Shown in pieces: positions 14,288-26,093 of a stretch of 64,000 nucleotides of DNA. How positions within the stretch are numbered: position 1 is the stretch's first letter; each line of letters begins with the position of its first letter. The notes beneath the pieces are model-generated. The model saw only the letters and a list, made by a program, of their open reading frames with translations. It was not told the origin of the DNA and made no database searches. Both the position numbers and the translations under genes were made by a program. The stretch is from Raillietiella orientalis (Eukaryota), in NCBI GenBank assembly GCA_036172245.1, contig JAYWIR010000002.1:4216001-4280000 (forward strand), written 5' to 3'.

Positions 14288-14561
14288 ACAAAGCTAGTCG
14301 CCCATTGCCCGCCCGTCGCCCAGGAAATGGCGAGTTCGCCGCCGCCACCGCCGCCGGAATCGGCAAAATCGAGAACGCTGGTGACTGCTGTGCCCTCCCT
14401 CCCTTTCTCCTCCGCCCCTCTCTCGTGCGAGGGACCACTGGTTTCCCGGAAGCCGCCTGGAAACGCAGCCCTCCAGGAGCATTGTGATACGTTGTGATGG
14501 TCGCAGCCCACCGCGGCTTCTTCACTTCATAGGGATAACGCATTTCGATTGTTTGCACTGT

Positions 14562-14567
14562 AATAAA
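14562..14567 (+). terminator. Candidate polyadenylation signal of gene 1
   Basis: AATAAA about 275 nt after the stop; a second AATAAA at 14701-14706. Confidence 0.4.
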
Positions 14568-17500
14568 TAGGTATACAGGAGGAGCGGCAGCACCTTTCTT
14601 ACTCTACGAGAACATTCTCTTGATCACGTGATTAAAAAAGAAAAAGAGGACATGTTTTATACTGCTATTTTTTTCATATGTACGCGACCTATTTCAAAAC
14701 AATAAAGGCCTATTTTTTTGTAGCCGCGCCACTGACCGCGTGGTTTCGCCCGTATGGGGTCTGGGTCTCTCTGGTTTGAGGAGAACTGGGAAGGGAGTTG
14801 CGCAGCTTAGTTTCGGCGGGTCGTCTTTGTTGCTTGAATGCAGGTCTTGAAGGGTTTGCAGTTGGCTAAGCGATGCCTGCCCGTCGCCTAGCGCCGTCTC
14901 TTTATCGATAGACGAAGAGGAAACCCTTCGATCCGAGGGCTGACCAGTTTCGTGCCGTTTCATGCTTGGCTATGGGCCTGCTGGTTATGGAGCCTTGGTG
15001 CCAATTTCTTGCTGGATGAGGAATGAGGCTCTTCAGTGGTGAGTTTTCCCATGTCAGAGGCTCTGTTTTGCTGGGGGCACAGTTTGCGAACGGATGGCAC
15101 GCTGTCAACACTTGGCGATGGCCACACGAATTCTCAGGATGAATTGACTCTGGGGAGATGACGTGCGATAGCCCACTCCCCAGTTGGAAAGAATCGTCGC
15201 AGGGGACAGCTCCCCGTTGCGGCACGAGCTGCTGTTTTCGGCAGGAGGGACTGCCCCTTCTCCCTTACCGCTGCCACCCGTCAGCGTTCGCCCTCCACGT
15301 GGCTTGCCGGACCAGTTTGAGTCTGCCGGCACTCGACGGTGCTTTCACCAAAGCTTCCTCGAGCCCTCGTAGATCCGCTCCGCCCTTTCTCCAAGAGCTT
15401 CCTTCAAGGAGCGGTCTTTCTCCATTGCTTGCTCGCACGTTCCGAAGTGGACGCCGACGTTTGGGCCGGAAGTTTCCAGGGCTTATCCCTTCCGATGAAG
15501 GCCCTATCAGTGGGTTGATGGAAGAGACGGCCCTGATGCCCCCCGGTCAATTATCCTGCCTTGCGGTGCAGAGGGCTGGTGCCGCCAGAATGCAGGTGAT
15601 CTATCTTACCGATGCCCGCAGCGGCCGGAGGCGTCTCTTGCCCCTCCCTAGGGTTCAGGATGGGAGAGCTTTGCTGTGTCTGAAATCCTTTCCTTCTCGT
15701 CTCCAGAGACCCTTGCTGACCTCGCATGCCTGCCTCCTCGAGTTGTGGGCACCCATGTGCGGCATATTGGGCACATTCTCCATGACTTTCCCTTCCGCTC
15801 GGTTCGTGCTCCCATCAGTGCTTCCTCGTACCATGAAAGTTCGTTGCCAGCCACGCTGTTGACTCAGCCCGACGGAAAAGAAATCCTTTCCTGGAGGAAA
15901 TTTAGTATTTCTTTCGAGACGTGTGCCTATCAGTGTCCCGAAACAATCAAAAGAATGCTGTAGGGCACCGATGTGCACACGCCAGAAATCGCCGCTGGCT
16001 CCGCCGCTCAGGCACTGCAAAGACGTGGCGCGTCGTAAAGGAGGCGGGCAGGGCGCGCTCTCGAGCTCCATCGGGTAAGCGGACGCGTGGATGCGTTGTG
16101 AAGCAGAACATCCCGGAGCTCCAGAACCTCGGAAGGCACCAGACTCGCGAAAATCCGAAAAGATGCCGGCGAAGATGCCCGCCAGCTCCGGGCGTGCTTC
16201 CCGGAAGGCAAACCCGTGAGTGAAGTGGACCTCTCTCTCGGTCCCTCGTCACGGGCTGAAACGGTTTTTTTTTTCCTGGAGGGAGGTCTTCTCTAAGGTT
16301 CCGAAGTTCAGCGATCCTGCTGCTGTGTCCCGTCCCCCGAGTAGGCAGCGGAGGTTCCGGAGGGATTGGCATGCTGCGCAGGCAGCATCAGGTGATTCGT
16401 CGCGGTTCTTTTTTTTTTTTGTTTTGCCGCGGACCAGAGGATACGTGCAACTCTCTTATCGCACGCGTGGAGAATACTCTCTCTCAGCAGCTCGTGATCT
16501 TGAAGCAAAGATAGCGAAGATGCATTGCGACTGCCACAGAGATAACTTGTCTGCTGGCGAGATGGTGGTGAATTTTTAAAGGATGAACCCAGCCGTCCCG
16601 AGCAGTGCATCTGCGTCTCCTATGCAGTCGGATGGCATACGTGCCAGGGGTCACATGAGCGAAGGACGCGTCTATTTCTCGTGTGGCGATGGACATGGGA
16701 GACGTTGCGCAGGTGTCCTTGAAGCCTCGGAAGTGACCGCATAGGCGGTGCACATGCCCCAGGGCTCGCGCGCATCGGTGTGCTGGAAAACCCATCCAGC
16801 GCGGTCGCCGCTTCTCCCACGGCCAGGAACGGCCGTCCTACTCAGATTACCTGGGCCGTTTTCAGGTGACGCCTCTGGCGCAGGAGGGAGAGCTCCATCG
16901 AGGGCGGTCCCGGCCGGGAGAGCCTCTCTCCCTGTGCACACGGCAGGTCGCTTGGTGCAGGCTGGAAGGAGGGAAGCAAGTGCCCTCGTGGTTATGTGGC
17001 TCGAACCGTTCCATCATCTTCCGGGCTGCCGGGAACTCCGTGCGTGCGCAGATTCGCGCCCGAGCGAGCGCAGGCCGAGTCCAGGGGGCAGGTGGGTTCG
17101 CCGCCGTCGAACGCTCCGTCTTCCGCGCTCGAGACCGACCGCCGCCGCGCTTGCCTGGTCCCTGCTGCCGCCGTCTGCCTATCCGCCTGCCTCCTGCGCA
17201 AGCGCGCGCGCACGCACGGCGGGAGGTGGGGGCGGGGAGGGTAAAGGGGGTGCCGTGATCGCTTTCCGTTCACGAGCGACAACAAACACATCCACGATTG
17301 CGGTTCCATACGGGTTTCTCTGGAGGGAAGCGGAGGCCCCCTCTGTACAAGAATAAAGATCCTTCGGAAATCTCGCGCCGAGCTGGGCCCGTTCCTCCTG
17401 AACTCCCGAACTACGTGTGTGTGTCTTTCACTTGAATCACCTTGCTCCGTTTTCCTCCGAGAGGGTGAAGAGCCAACCCGCGACTCAGCATCATTTCCCA

Positions 17501-17994
17501 ACCCCTTTCCAGCCTCGCCATTCTGCCTGCCTCAGAAGCACCACTTGACAGCATCCCACTTTTTGGTTCGGTGTTGAGGCAGCAGGCGGGAGCCTCAAGA
17601 GCTCGTTTCTTCATTTTCTTTTCTTTTTTTTTTTGCGTGGCGTCTGCTTCCGCTTCCTCGATCACTTCACAATCGCCGCCAGCTTCTGTTCTTCTCGAAG
17701 CAGCTCACTGAATAACGATGTCCCCCACCTCAGACTCTCATTTTCGGCTTCGCACCTTTTGCAGCTACGTGCTCCCTCGCTCGAAAAGAAAAAAAAAAGG
17801 AAAAAAAGAAAAAAAAACGGACTCCTGCAAAAAACCGGATGCAAGCGCCGGCCCCATCCATCTTTCTCTCCTTTCATCCTCGGTGCCTACCAGCCGGGGA
17901 GGAGGTCGGCTTCCGGGTGCTCGGTGTGGCGTTGAATTGATGAGGATTTTGCAATGATGACTTAAGAAGCTATTGGCTAACTAGCGTTCCACTC

Positions 17995-20900
17995 GTCGTT
18001 TATTTATTGTTTTGGGAGTGCTCGCCGGGGATTAGCGGAGCCGAGAGGCTTCAGGAATCTGCGGTTGATCCCACATCTTCCTGAAAATTGGTCGAACGGG
18101 ATTCACGGGCTTCGTCCACCCCTCGAGATGCCCAGGGATGGCATCCATTCCAATTCTTAAAGAAGAATGCAGCCTTTCTATCAGCATTTGGCGCTCTCCA
18201 CGCAGACAACTGGGACGATCCGCTAGGCGCTAAAAGAAACGGACAGCTGTATCCGTTACACCTATCCTTCCTCATCAAAGACCTAACAGGACTTATTGCT
18301 ATTGCTCCTCGTTCTTACCCCTGCACGCCTTCTTCCCTTCCCCGCTCGTATCGGGAGAAATTTGCCTGCTCTCACATCGTGCCCAGCAGCCAGTGGGATG
18401 CACTTCCCATTCGCGCAAACCAGCCTACGATCCCACGAGGCCCCCTTCCTTCAAGAAGCTGCGAAGAGTTGTGGTCCTCAGAATTTCAAGCGGTCTCGCC
18501 CCCGTTCAAACCACGCTTTAGTCCCATCCTCACGACATCCGCGAGGCAATCCAACTGTCCTTCTTGCTCTCATCCTTTCCTACACACATTACAGGGCCAC
18601 ATGCCCGAACCTTTTCGCCCTCTCACCCATCATTCGAATGGGCCTGGTTCAAAATCCCGAACCATCATGAAAAATAAACTCAGGGGCTTATTCTGCACAG
18701 ATCAGTATGCAAATTTATTTTAATATGCATAGCTATTCATATTTATTAACATAGACATCATTAATAGTAATGTTATTGGACTAGATATATCCATTAAGAC
18801 TCAATGACATGCATTTTTTTAATACAATTAATAAAGTGGTGATTGTTTTGTTCATATATATATATAGATTAGTATATAGATTGATGTTTAAATTCGATAT
18901 ATCATGAAGATGATGAAAAATAAACACGTAGGCTTATTCTACACAGATCAACATGCAAATTTATTTTATTATGTCTGTCTATTCATATTTATTAACTTCC
19001 ACGTTACTATATAACAGTAATTATTGGAGTAGATATATCTATTAGGATTCAGTGACATGCATTTTATTAACACAAGCTTGCTGCTGATTATGTTATTGAT
19101 ATATATCTCAAGAAAGGTTATGAAAAATAAATGTATATGCTTATTGTGTGTATTTATAAACATATATTTATGTAAGGATTAATCCATGGATTAATGTACA
19201 TCATCAGAATCATAAAAAAAACAAATATACGTGTTTGTTTTTCATGATCTTTCGGGATTCTGAACGTCACCGCATTCGAATTTTGCCTCCAGTACCCTCT
19301 TCCCATTTCCTTCCCTTGCAACACCCCTACCCCCAGCTCCAGCCCCAACACTTCCCACGGAGCACCGGTCTTGTGCATCGAAAACCCCTCAAAGCAGCCG
19401 CCCAGCAACTTCAGCATCCGCTTTTCCCATGCACAACACGGCACAGCCCAGGAGAAATAATCCTCCGGCTCTGATATTTTCCCAAACCGCATGTCGGTCA
19501 CCTCCTCGCCTCTTCAACTGCAACCACTTCGCGCTCCCCATAACAAATGGCAAAATATCCAGAACCACGGATTCCACTAAGCCGCTTGTTTACAACTGCC
19601 TGCAAACCTCAGCGACGAGCCGCAACCACAAAGTCTCATGCGCGGTGAGCGAACCAGCAGTGCACTTCCTCCATCCCATTCCCCCGAGGGCATCCACGCA
19701 CCCATCTATCTACCGTAAGTAATAAACCCATATCCTTATCGAAAGCACTCCACGTTGCAGCCCTACGGAACCGCCTTAGGCTCGCCCATATCGAAACCCA
19801 TGAGGTGAACCCATGATTTGATTCTCTCAAAGAAGCACATTGCCACACTCTCGCCCAGACAAAGCGTCAACCCCTTGAGCGACTTCGTCTCCAGCCCCAA
19901 CCTGACCACCCATGCAAATAACAATCGCACACACACACACACGCAAGAAGTCATCCGCGCAGAAGAAACGCACCATACCGATACGTTCTATTTTTCACTC
20001 CCCCTTTCACCCAAACTCCATTCTTCTTGTCACTTGAATTGCAAAGGAATAACTGGGACCACACTGACTATCGCCAGCCTCTCGTACACCCTGCTTACAT
20101 GTCTACCCATCGCCCTCAGCAGGACCCACTTAGTTATGTACACCAATCCAGAGTACTCCTTACCTAACGATCAGGAATCATCCTGCTCAGGGTGCATCGT
20201 TTCCGTCCTCATCTTAAGTGACCCCACTGCACACCACCCGAATCTTCCGTTCTTTTCTCCAACCCTCAAAACCATCATCACAACTCCCGGCCAACCCCTG
20301 CACTCTTGTGAACACCTTTAAATAATCCTCCCCCGACCAAGAACCGTCAGCCCTTGCGCTCAAGAAAAAGGCTTTCCATGGATTCAAGACAGAGATCAAT
20401 CTGGCCGGCGACCATCCGAGCACGAAGTACGTAGGACTCTGTTAGGGCAAAGCCTCAACTCCACGTGGGTACCCCATCCAAGTTCCGCATCACGCACGGA
20501 GGTACGGGTGAGAAATTTCACTGCCTTTTCCCCGCCATCTAGAGATCCCACCTCCTCCGTGTGCGGAGAACTTTTCCGTAAGATGCTTCGCTCTTCTTCA
20601 TCCTCCTCCCCGCTGAGCGCATCATTCTGAGCACGCTTCCACCTACTCAACGATCAGGAAACGTGCCGTCTTAGGAACTCATCTCGCAGGACTCGTAGGA
20701 CCGTGCGGTTTTTCCTTCGCCACAAGGCCGTCCCGTCCGATACGCCCTTTCACCGGTGCCTCCAGCAACGAGTTTTTGTGCACTAAATTATTGCACCACC
20801 TTAATGAAACCAGAGAACAATAATCGGCGCCATTGATCATTGAGCGCGCTCCAGCTCATGGCGCTCATGAAGGATTCCGTCGAGAGCCAGTTAGAATGAA

Positions 20901-21380
20901 CTTTTTCCAAATTCCTTCTGAGACACTTTATCCACAACTCTTCGTACTGACCAAAACACGATTCCCTACCAGGTGCACGAAACTAATCGAAAAATAATCT
21001 ACCAACGCATCTAATATGAAAATCCTGGGAAGGCCATCTCCAAGCGCATATCCGTTCGGGTCACCATGCATTCACTTGGAAAGCAAGCTCCTCCTTGTTC
21101 CTTGAAATGTGCTTTCCAGCTGAGTAAAACCCTGGTGCAGAAGGTACCTACGTCTACCGCTTCGACAGGAACTCACCACCTCATATCCGATGCTCCCCGG
21201 AACAACGGGATGTCGACCTCTTTTTCAATGCTCTTCCCTAACTACGATGCATCCATCCTCACCAAGACCCGCGCATGACCCAGCCTTCCCCCATATCAGA
21301 AGACAGATTTATCAGTTCTTGGATCAACAAGATCTCTCTCCTCTGCCTGGGTGCACCTTTCGAAACAGCCTACTTTGCTG
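17995..21380 (-). mobile_element. Decayed L1/Tx1-clade non-LTR retrotransposon (copy A), RT to 3' end, interrupted by foldback copy 1
   Basis: Minus-strand motifs in RT order: TSVRD (cf. RSIxD), LISVLNPWKAFF (cf. LxxDxxKAFD), GVREAG, VRFFCADDF (YADD site, 19950-19961), FRRAATWSAF; AATAAATAAAC near 18000. Many stops and frameshifts; ends approximate. Confidence 0.6.
18647..19265. mobile_element. AT-rich foldback/MITE-like non-autonomous DNA element, copy 1
   Basis: Terminal inverted repeats GTTCAAAATCCCGAACCATCATGAAAAATAAAC / GTTTGTTTTTCATGATCTTTCGGGATTCTGAAC; interior is two tandem ~250-bp units; no ORF. Confidence 0.8.
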
Positions 21381-21450
21381 AGATGGATGCGTCATAGGTT
21401 TCCCATGCAGGAGGGCGCTGGTCGGTCTGTAGGCTTCAGGTGCGCCACTG

Positions 21451-23875
21451 GTTGACACCCGGTCACGCCGGGGTGTTTATTTCTAAACCTACATGTCTGT
21501 AGCAGGACGTTCCATCCTGCCACGTTGCTTATGAATACGAAAAGGAGGAGTCTGCCGGGATCTGGCACGCAGGCCAGCAGGGTGCGTCTCGGCAGCACGA
21601 GGGAAGGGAAGACAAACAAAAAGAGGAAAGCAAACCAAAAAAACTGCAGGCAAAAAAGATGAAGGGAGGGGGGGAGGGTTCGGGAAGGGATCACTGTGTG
21701 TTGGAGGGCGCCCGCTGAATCCTTGTAAGGATGCCGACAAGTTCCTGTTTTATGGTTTCCAGATGGGGCCATCTTGACGCTGTACTCATGTAGAGGACAG
21801 CAAAATGGATGGCGTTCCTATCGTTCTGTCTTCTGGCGTTGTTCCATGAGGCCACGATCCCGCGTAGGCGGCACTGAGCTGCTAGGGATGCGACCGGAGA
21901 GAAGGCGTTGCGCAGGAAGACGTGCTCTATTACGTCTCTGGCGTTGCCGCCGGGGGTTCCAAGGGTCGTGGCCAAGCGCCCTCAAAGGGTCCAGAGGGCA
22001 ACACAGTCTACCAGGAGGTGCTGGAAGGACTCCTGCTCCCCGCACAGTGCACAGTTTGGGTTCACACCCCTCCATGTCCACAGATGCCGGCGGGCGTTGC
22101 ACGGGAGGCCCCAGTATGCAATATCATCAACGCTGACTCCTACTATTTTAAAGGAAGGGTGCGGGTGTCAAGAGCACCAGGGGCCATTGCAGGCCTTCCT
22201 CCGGAATACCCAGTAGCACGGCCCAGAGCAAAAGTCCACGAGGCCGAACACTCGGGTTCGCAGCATCAGTGAGCTGACCCGTCGTCCACTCGCCCAGTCC
22301 TCTTCTCCTTCCGGAGATTTCTACAGTAACCTCCCATCTAGCGGTGCCGCCCATATGCTCCCTAAGGGAGGGCAGCGCAGCGGCGAGGGAAGTTCCATTG
22401 CCCATGCACTCTTCGCAGGATCTTCCAGGATCTCCCGGAGCGTGAAGTTGTTGTTGAGCGCGCACAAGAAACCTCGCCCCTGTTCCGCTTTGGCTTCTGG
22501 ATCCTCGTCCACATGCGGGCGGTTTCCTGCAATCAGGCACTACCGTTCGTGGGCCGGCACGAGATCCATCCGTTTTTTTTCGCCAGTGTGGCCACCTGCC
22601 GCAGGTGCAGTCCGCCGTGAATGAGACTGCATGGAAGGCGCGCAAGGAAAGACGCGAACCCCATGCTGCCGGTGGCTTGCTGGACAAGAAGACGAGCAGG
22701 TTGGCACCAGGTGGTGCTCCAGAAGGTTTCCACGAAGGCAAGGGTGCGAAACTGGAGCTGCAGCTCCATTCGCTCCCGCGTCAGGAGGCCTAGACCGCCG
22801 TCCCGGTGCGGAGCACAGAAGTCCCTTAGGCGGACTCGGAGCCTCCCTTTGCCCCATAGGACGATCCGGAGGAGGTCCTTTGTCCGCTTCCTAATTCTGC
22901 ATGGCGGTGGGCAAACAACAAGCAAGGGGCGGAGGAGGGGGGCCACAAAGGTGTTCCATACCGCGGCCCGCTCCGGCAGGGAGGACGCGCCTCGTTGGAA
23001 CGGGCCGAGCGCCTGCAGTGCTTTCTGAAGACGGCGCTGGTGGAAGAAGGATGCCCCCAAGGGTGAGTGGTCCGTGATTGGGAGTCGACCCTCCGGGGTC
23101 CTTCCAGGACATCGAGGATTCCTTCGGAGCTGGTGAATGAACTATTCTCCAGAATGTGAAGAAGCACACCTTCGGGAGAAACTCTTTAGGGAAAATTTGG
23201 AGGCGTCCCCTCGGGGTTCTCTTCAGAAAAGGAGGAAGCAGAGAGCAGATCCTTTCTGGGGGTCCCTCCATAGACAATAGGGAAAAGGATCTTTACAGGG
23301 TTCCCTCCCAAGCGTGGAAGGAACAAACTCCTTTTTCCGGAGCCCTTTTTGGATTCATATGGTGACCCCTTGGAGTTACCTCCCACAACTTGCAGATTCA
23401 CACACCCTCGGGTGGCGCGGACAGAGTTGAAGAGCTTTGTGAGGGCTCTCCAGGGGGGAGAACTGTTCTTCAGCTCCTGGCGGACCCCGAAGGTCTCCGA
23501 GACAACCGGTTCCATCCTCCTTGGTCCTGGATCTTTCAAAGTCTGTGCCTGCAGGAGGCTGCCGCCATCCCACTTACCCAGACGAAGGAAACTCTCCGCG
23601 CTCCCACCGAAGGAGCCGTGGTCCCGCCACGACGGGTCCGCCAGACACTTCGGTGAGCTCCCGTTGCGGTGGAAACGGCGGAAGGACGCGCCTCTGCTTC
23701 TGCACCGGGGACTTCCTGGTGCGACTGGCTGGCAGTAGCTCGTCTCCGGAGGAACTGCGTCCGCGAACTGCCCTAGGGGTCTCGCCGGACGGCGGCCTCC
23801 TCGAGAGGTGCGGCGATTCCCCGCGTTCAGCGAAATCCCGCCGACGGCACACCCTCACAAAGGGGTTGGCAGCAC
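21451..23875 (-). mobile_element. 5'-truncated L1/Tx1-clade LINE (copy B)
   Basis: Minus strand: TDFE (23543-23535), degenerate RT core, SPLGASF (cf. YLG), SLPERAAVWNTF, LWGKGR...RDGGLGL, zinc knuckle CALCGEQESFQHLLVDC, stop, pyrimidine-rich 3' UTR, AATAAA+hairpin terminus at 21481-21451. Confidence 0.85.
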
Positions 23876-23876
23876 G

Positions 23877-24417
23877 TGCCCTCCAACCCCTTTGGGAACG
23901 GTTGAGGACGACCCTCGGTCTCCCTATGGGCAGCACGCCCAGAGACGTTTTCCGGCTCCTCTTCGTGCGGGACGCCCTACAGCCAGCCGCAGCCCTCGCA
24001 GTGCTATGCTGCGTTTGAGGCATCGTGGAGGCCTGGAGCGATGCCAACGACGAAGATCGAGACTCGAACGAGAGGGATGCCATCCAGCCTACAGTACGCT
24101 TCATGCAGAGAGCTGCCGGATGGCCCCATCTGGGACCAATGCGGATGGACCTGGAGGGCTTCCTTCGACTGATGGGCCCTCCTCCCAGTGAACAGTGATC
24201 CCTTCCCTGCCCTCCTACTTCTTTTTGTTTGTTTAATTTTATTTTTGTTTTTTGTTTTTCCCCCATCCCCTTTTAATGTCGAGGAGTGCCACGCCGGGCT
24301 GCGTCCCGGTCTCCCAGCAGGTCCGGTGTTGTGTGGCCGTTAGTGGGGCTTCGTACCACGTAGTCTATTGACAAGAAGGAGTTTTTAATAAACGTCCCGG
24401 CGTATCCGGGTGGCAAC
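23877..24417 (+). mobile_element. Short 5'-truncated LINE 3' end (copy C), same family as B
   Basis: LQPLWERLRTTLG...FVRDALQPAAALAVLCCV*GIVEAW...WPHLGP aligns with the copy B C-terminus; T-rich 3' UTR; shared terminal motif at 24387-24417. Confidence 0.85.
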
Positions 24418-24559
24418 GCCAACTGCACGCTGCGTCCTCACCATCGTCGCGAGGGAAGTCGCCCGTGTGGCAGCCGCCCTGCTCCCGCACGAGCACGGCC
24501 ACGCGTTGGTGACCTCCTCACCTGTCGAGGTCGCCGGCGTCGGTCCTCGAGGTCAGGAA

Positions 24560-25725
24560 CGGCCGAGGCCACTGACTCCTGCCCTCTACCGCCGGTTCCG
24601 GACTTCTAAGGTGGTTGCGGATGACCCGCGTGTCGGTGGACCTTCCCCCGTTTCCCTGTTGGAAGGAGACGCGATTCCAACGCACTCCTCCCTCCGAAAG
24701 ATCCTTGCGAATCCCAGCATGAGTGCGTAGGCGGAGCGGACCCTACTCGCGGCAACGACGTCTTTCCTGAGGAGGGCACTTGGCAACAGCCAAAGGACAC
24801 TGTGGGACATCTCCTGCGAGATCGCAGGCAGGAGGACATTGATGAATGGCTGGACAACGGGGCAGCTGGCGGATGCTGCGACGCCGAGCGCCCTTTCACA
24901 AGGACTACAACACTGGGAAGAGCTGCTCGATACCCTTAGCAAAGACCTGAAATGGCCTTAGGTGTTCGTAGACAGCAGCACCCTCTGCCCGAAGCGGCAG
25001 GAGCCGGCAATTCTGCTGCTGCTGCACTGGGATCTTCTCTGCAACGCGCGCCGATACCACTGGACACTGCGGCGGACGATCCCGGACTGTTGCACGTGCG
25101 GAGAACAGGAATCCCTCCTGCACCTGCCAGCGGACCTTGTTATCCTCCGGCCCCTGTGGGAATGTTCCGGAACGACTCTCCATATCTCGGTTGGAAGCTT
25201 CAGGGGCACCTTACGGCTCTTTGTGCGGGACGCCCTGAAGCCAGCCGCAGCCCCAGTAGCGCTTTGCTGCATCCGCGGGATTGTGGCCGCCTGGAGCGAA
25301 GCCGACAGAGAAAGGAAAGAGATGGACGCCGTGCAGTACTCAGTTCACTTTCTGTGGATTGAAGCCAGATGGCTCCACCTGGGACCTATTCGGAACGGAC
25401 CTCGCCGTCATCCTGGAAACTAGAAAAAGGGCACAGAAGGAAGATGCAGACGTGGAAAGGATGCAGACTCCCTCCAGTGGACAGTAGTCAGCTCCCGCCA
25501 CTCCAGAGTGTTCTTATTTGTTTATTTTTATTTATTCTTTATTTTTGTTTTTGTTTTTTCTCATCCTCCTCCGCTGCCGAGGTGACCTCCGCCGGTCTGA
25601 GCCTCGGTGGTCTGGCAGGTTAACTGCAGAATCGGCTGTGGTGGGGCTCCTTGCTCTCCCCCCCCACGATAATTGCGAGTTTATTGCTCTTTGCAATAAA
25701 CGCCCTGGCGTGACCGGGTGGCAAC
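24560..25725 (+). mobile_element. 5'-truncated LINE (copy D), same family as B/C
   Basis: SLRKILANPSMSA (cf. B TLREILEDPAKSA), CNARRYHW...CCTCGEQESLLH, FVRDALKPAAAPVALCCIRGIVAAW; terminal motif at 25695-25725. Confidence 0.85.
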
Positions 25726-26075
25726 TCCGGAAGGGGCGCTTCGGCGAGCCGGGCGAGGAGCCTCTGGAATCTTCGAGGTCCGCCGCCCGCGGAGCACTTC
25801 GCCACGCCCGCTGCCGTGGCTGCACGTGGCCGCGAGATCGCACCCATCTCGCCTCGCAGTCGCCGGCCGACCCCTGGAAGGGGTCGGCCGGCCGTCGGTC
25901 GTTGAGGGCGGCGGTAGGGAGGAGGACGGCTCGCCTCCACCACGAGGCCTCAGGCGACTGAAGCGCCTCTTCTGGGAAGCGGTGGTGTGACCTCTGGCTT
26001 CCGATCGACCCCGGCGTGAAATCACTCGCGTGCTCTACCCCCTCCCTCCCTCCACCAGACTCAGAGAGCGCCAGG

Positions 26076-26093
26076 ATGGCGGAAGAGGAGCAG
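26076..26093 (+). CDS. NDRG-family (ZK1073.1/CG2082-like) gene, probable first coding exon (MAEEEQ)
   Basis: Pyrimidine tract + CAG acceptor at 26058, AGGATGG Kozak-like start, CAG|GTGAGT donor, phase 0 compatible with the 38969 exon. Very short, so less certain. Confidence 0.5.

Noticed and set aside
14903..14910. DRE-like TATCGATA (also 55427-55434)
   Set aside because: Isolated 8-mers not tied to any identifiable transcription start; about chance frequency.
14900..16250. Protein-like fragments (15158-15862, 15676-15963) and similar ones at 43170-44777 and 46850-47400
   Set aside because: Possibly decayed retroelement ORF1/ORF2 pieces, but no motif is clear enough to call.
21440..21481. 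LTR-like reading of the LINE terminus (AATAAA...CA followed by TGGCGC, PBS-like)
   Set aside because: The TGG is not shared by other copies, there are no paired LTRs, and the upstream coding motifs are non-LTR (APE, GGLG, CCHC).
21582..21598. GTGCGTCTCGGCAGCAC, reminiscent of the U6 5' end
   Set aside because: Too short and gapped; lies in the antisense of a LINE 3' UTR.
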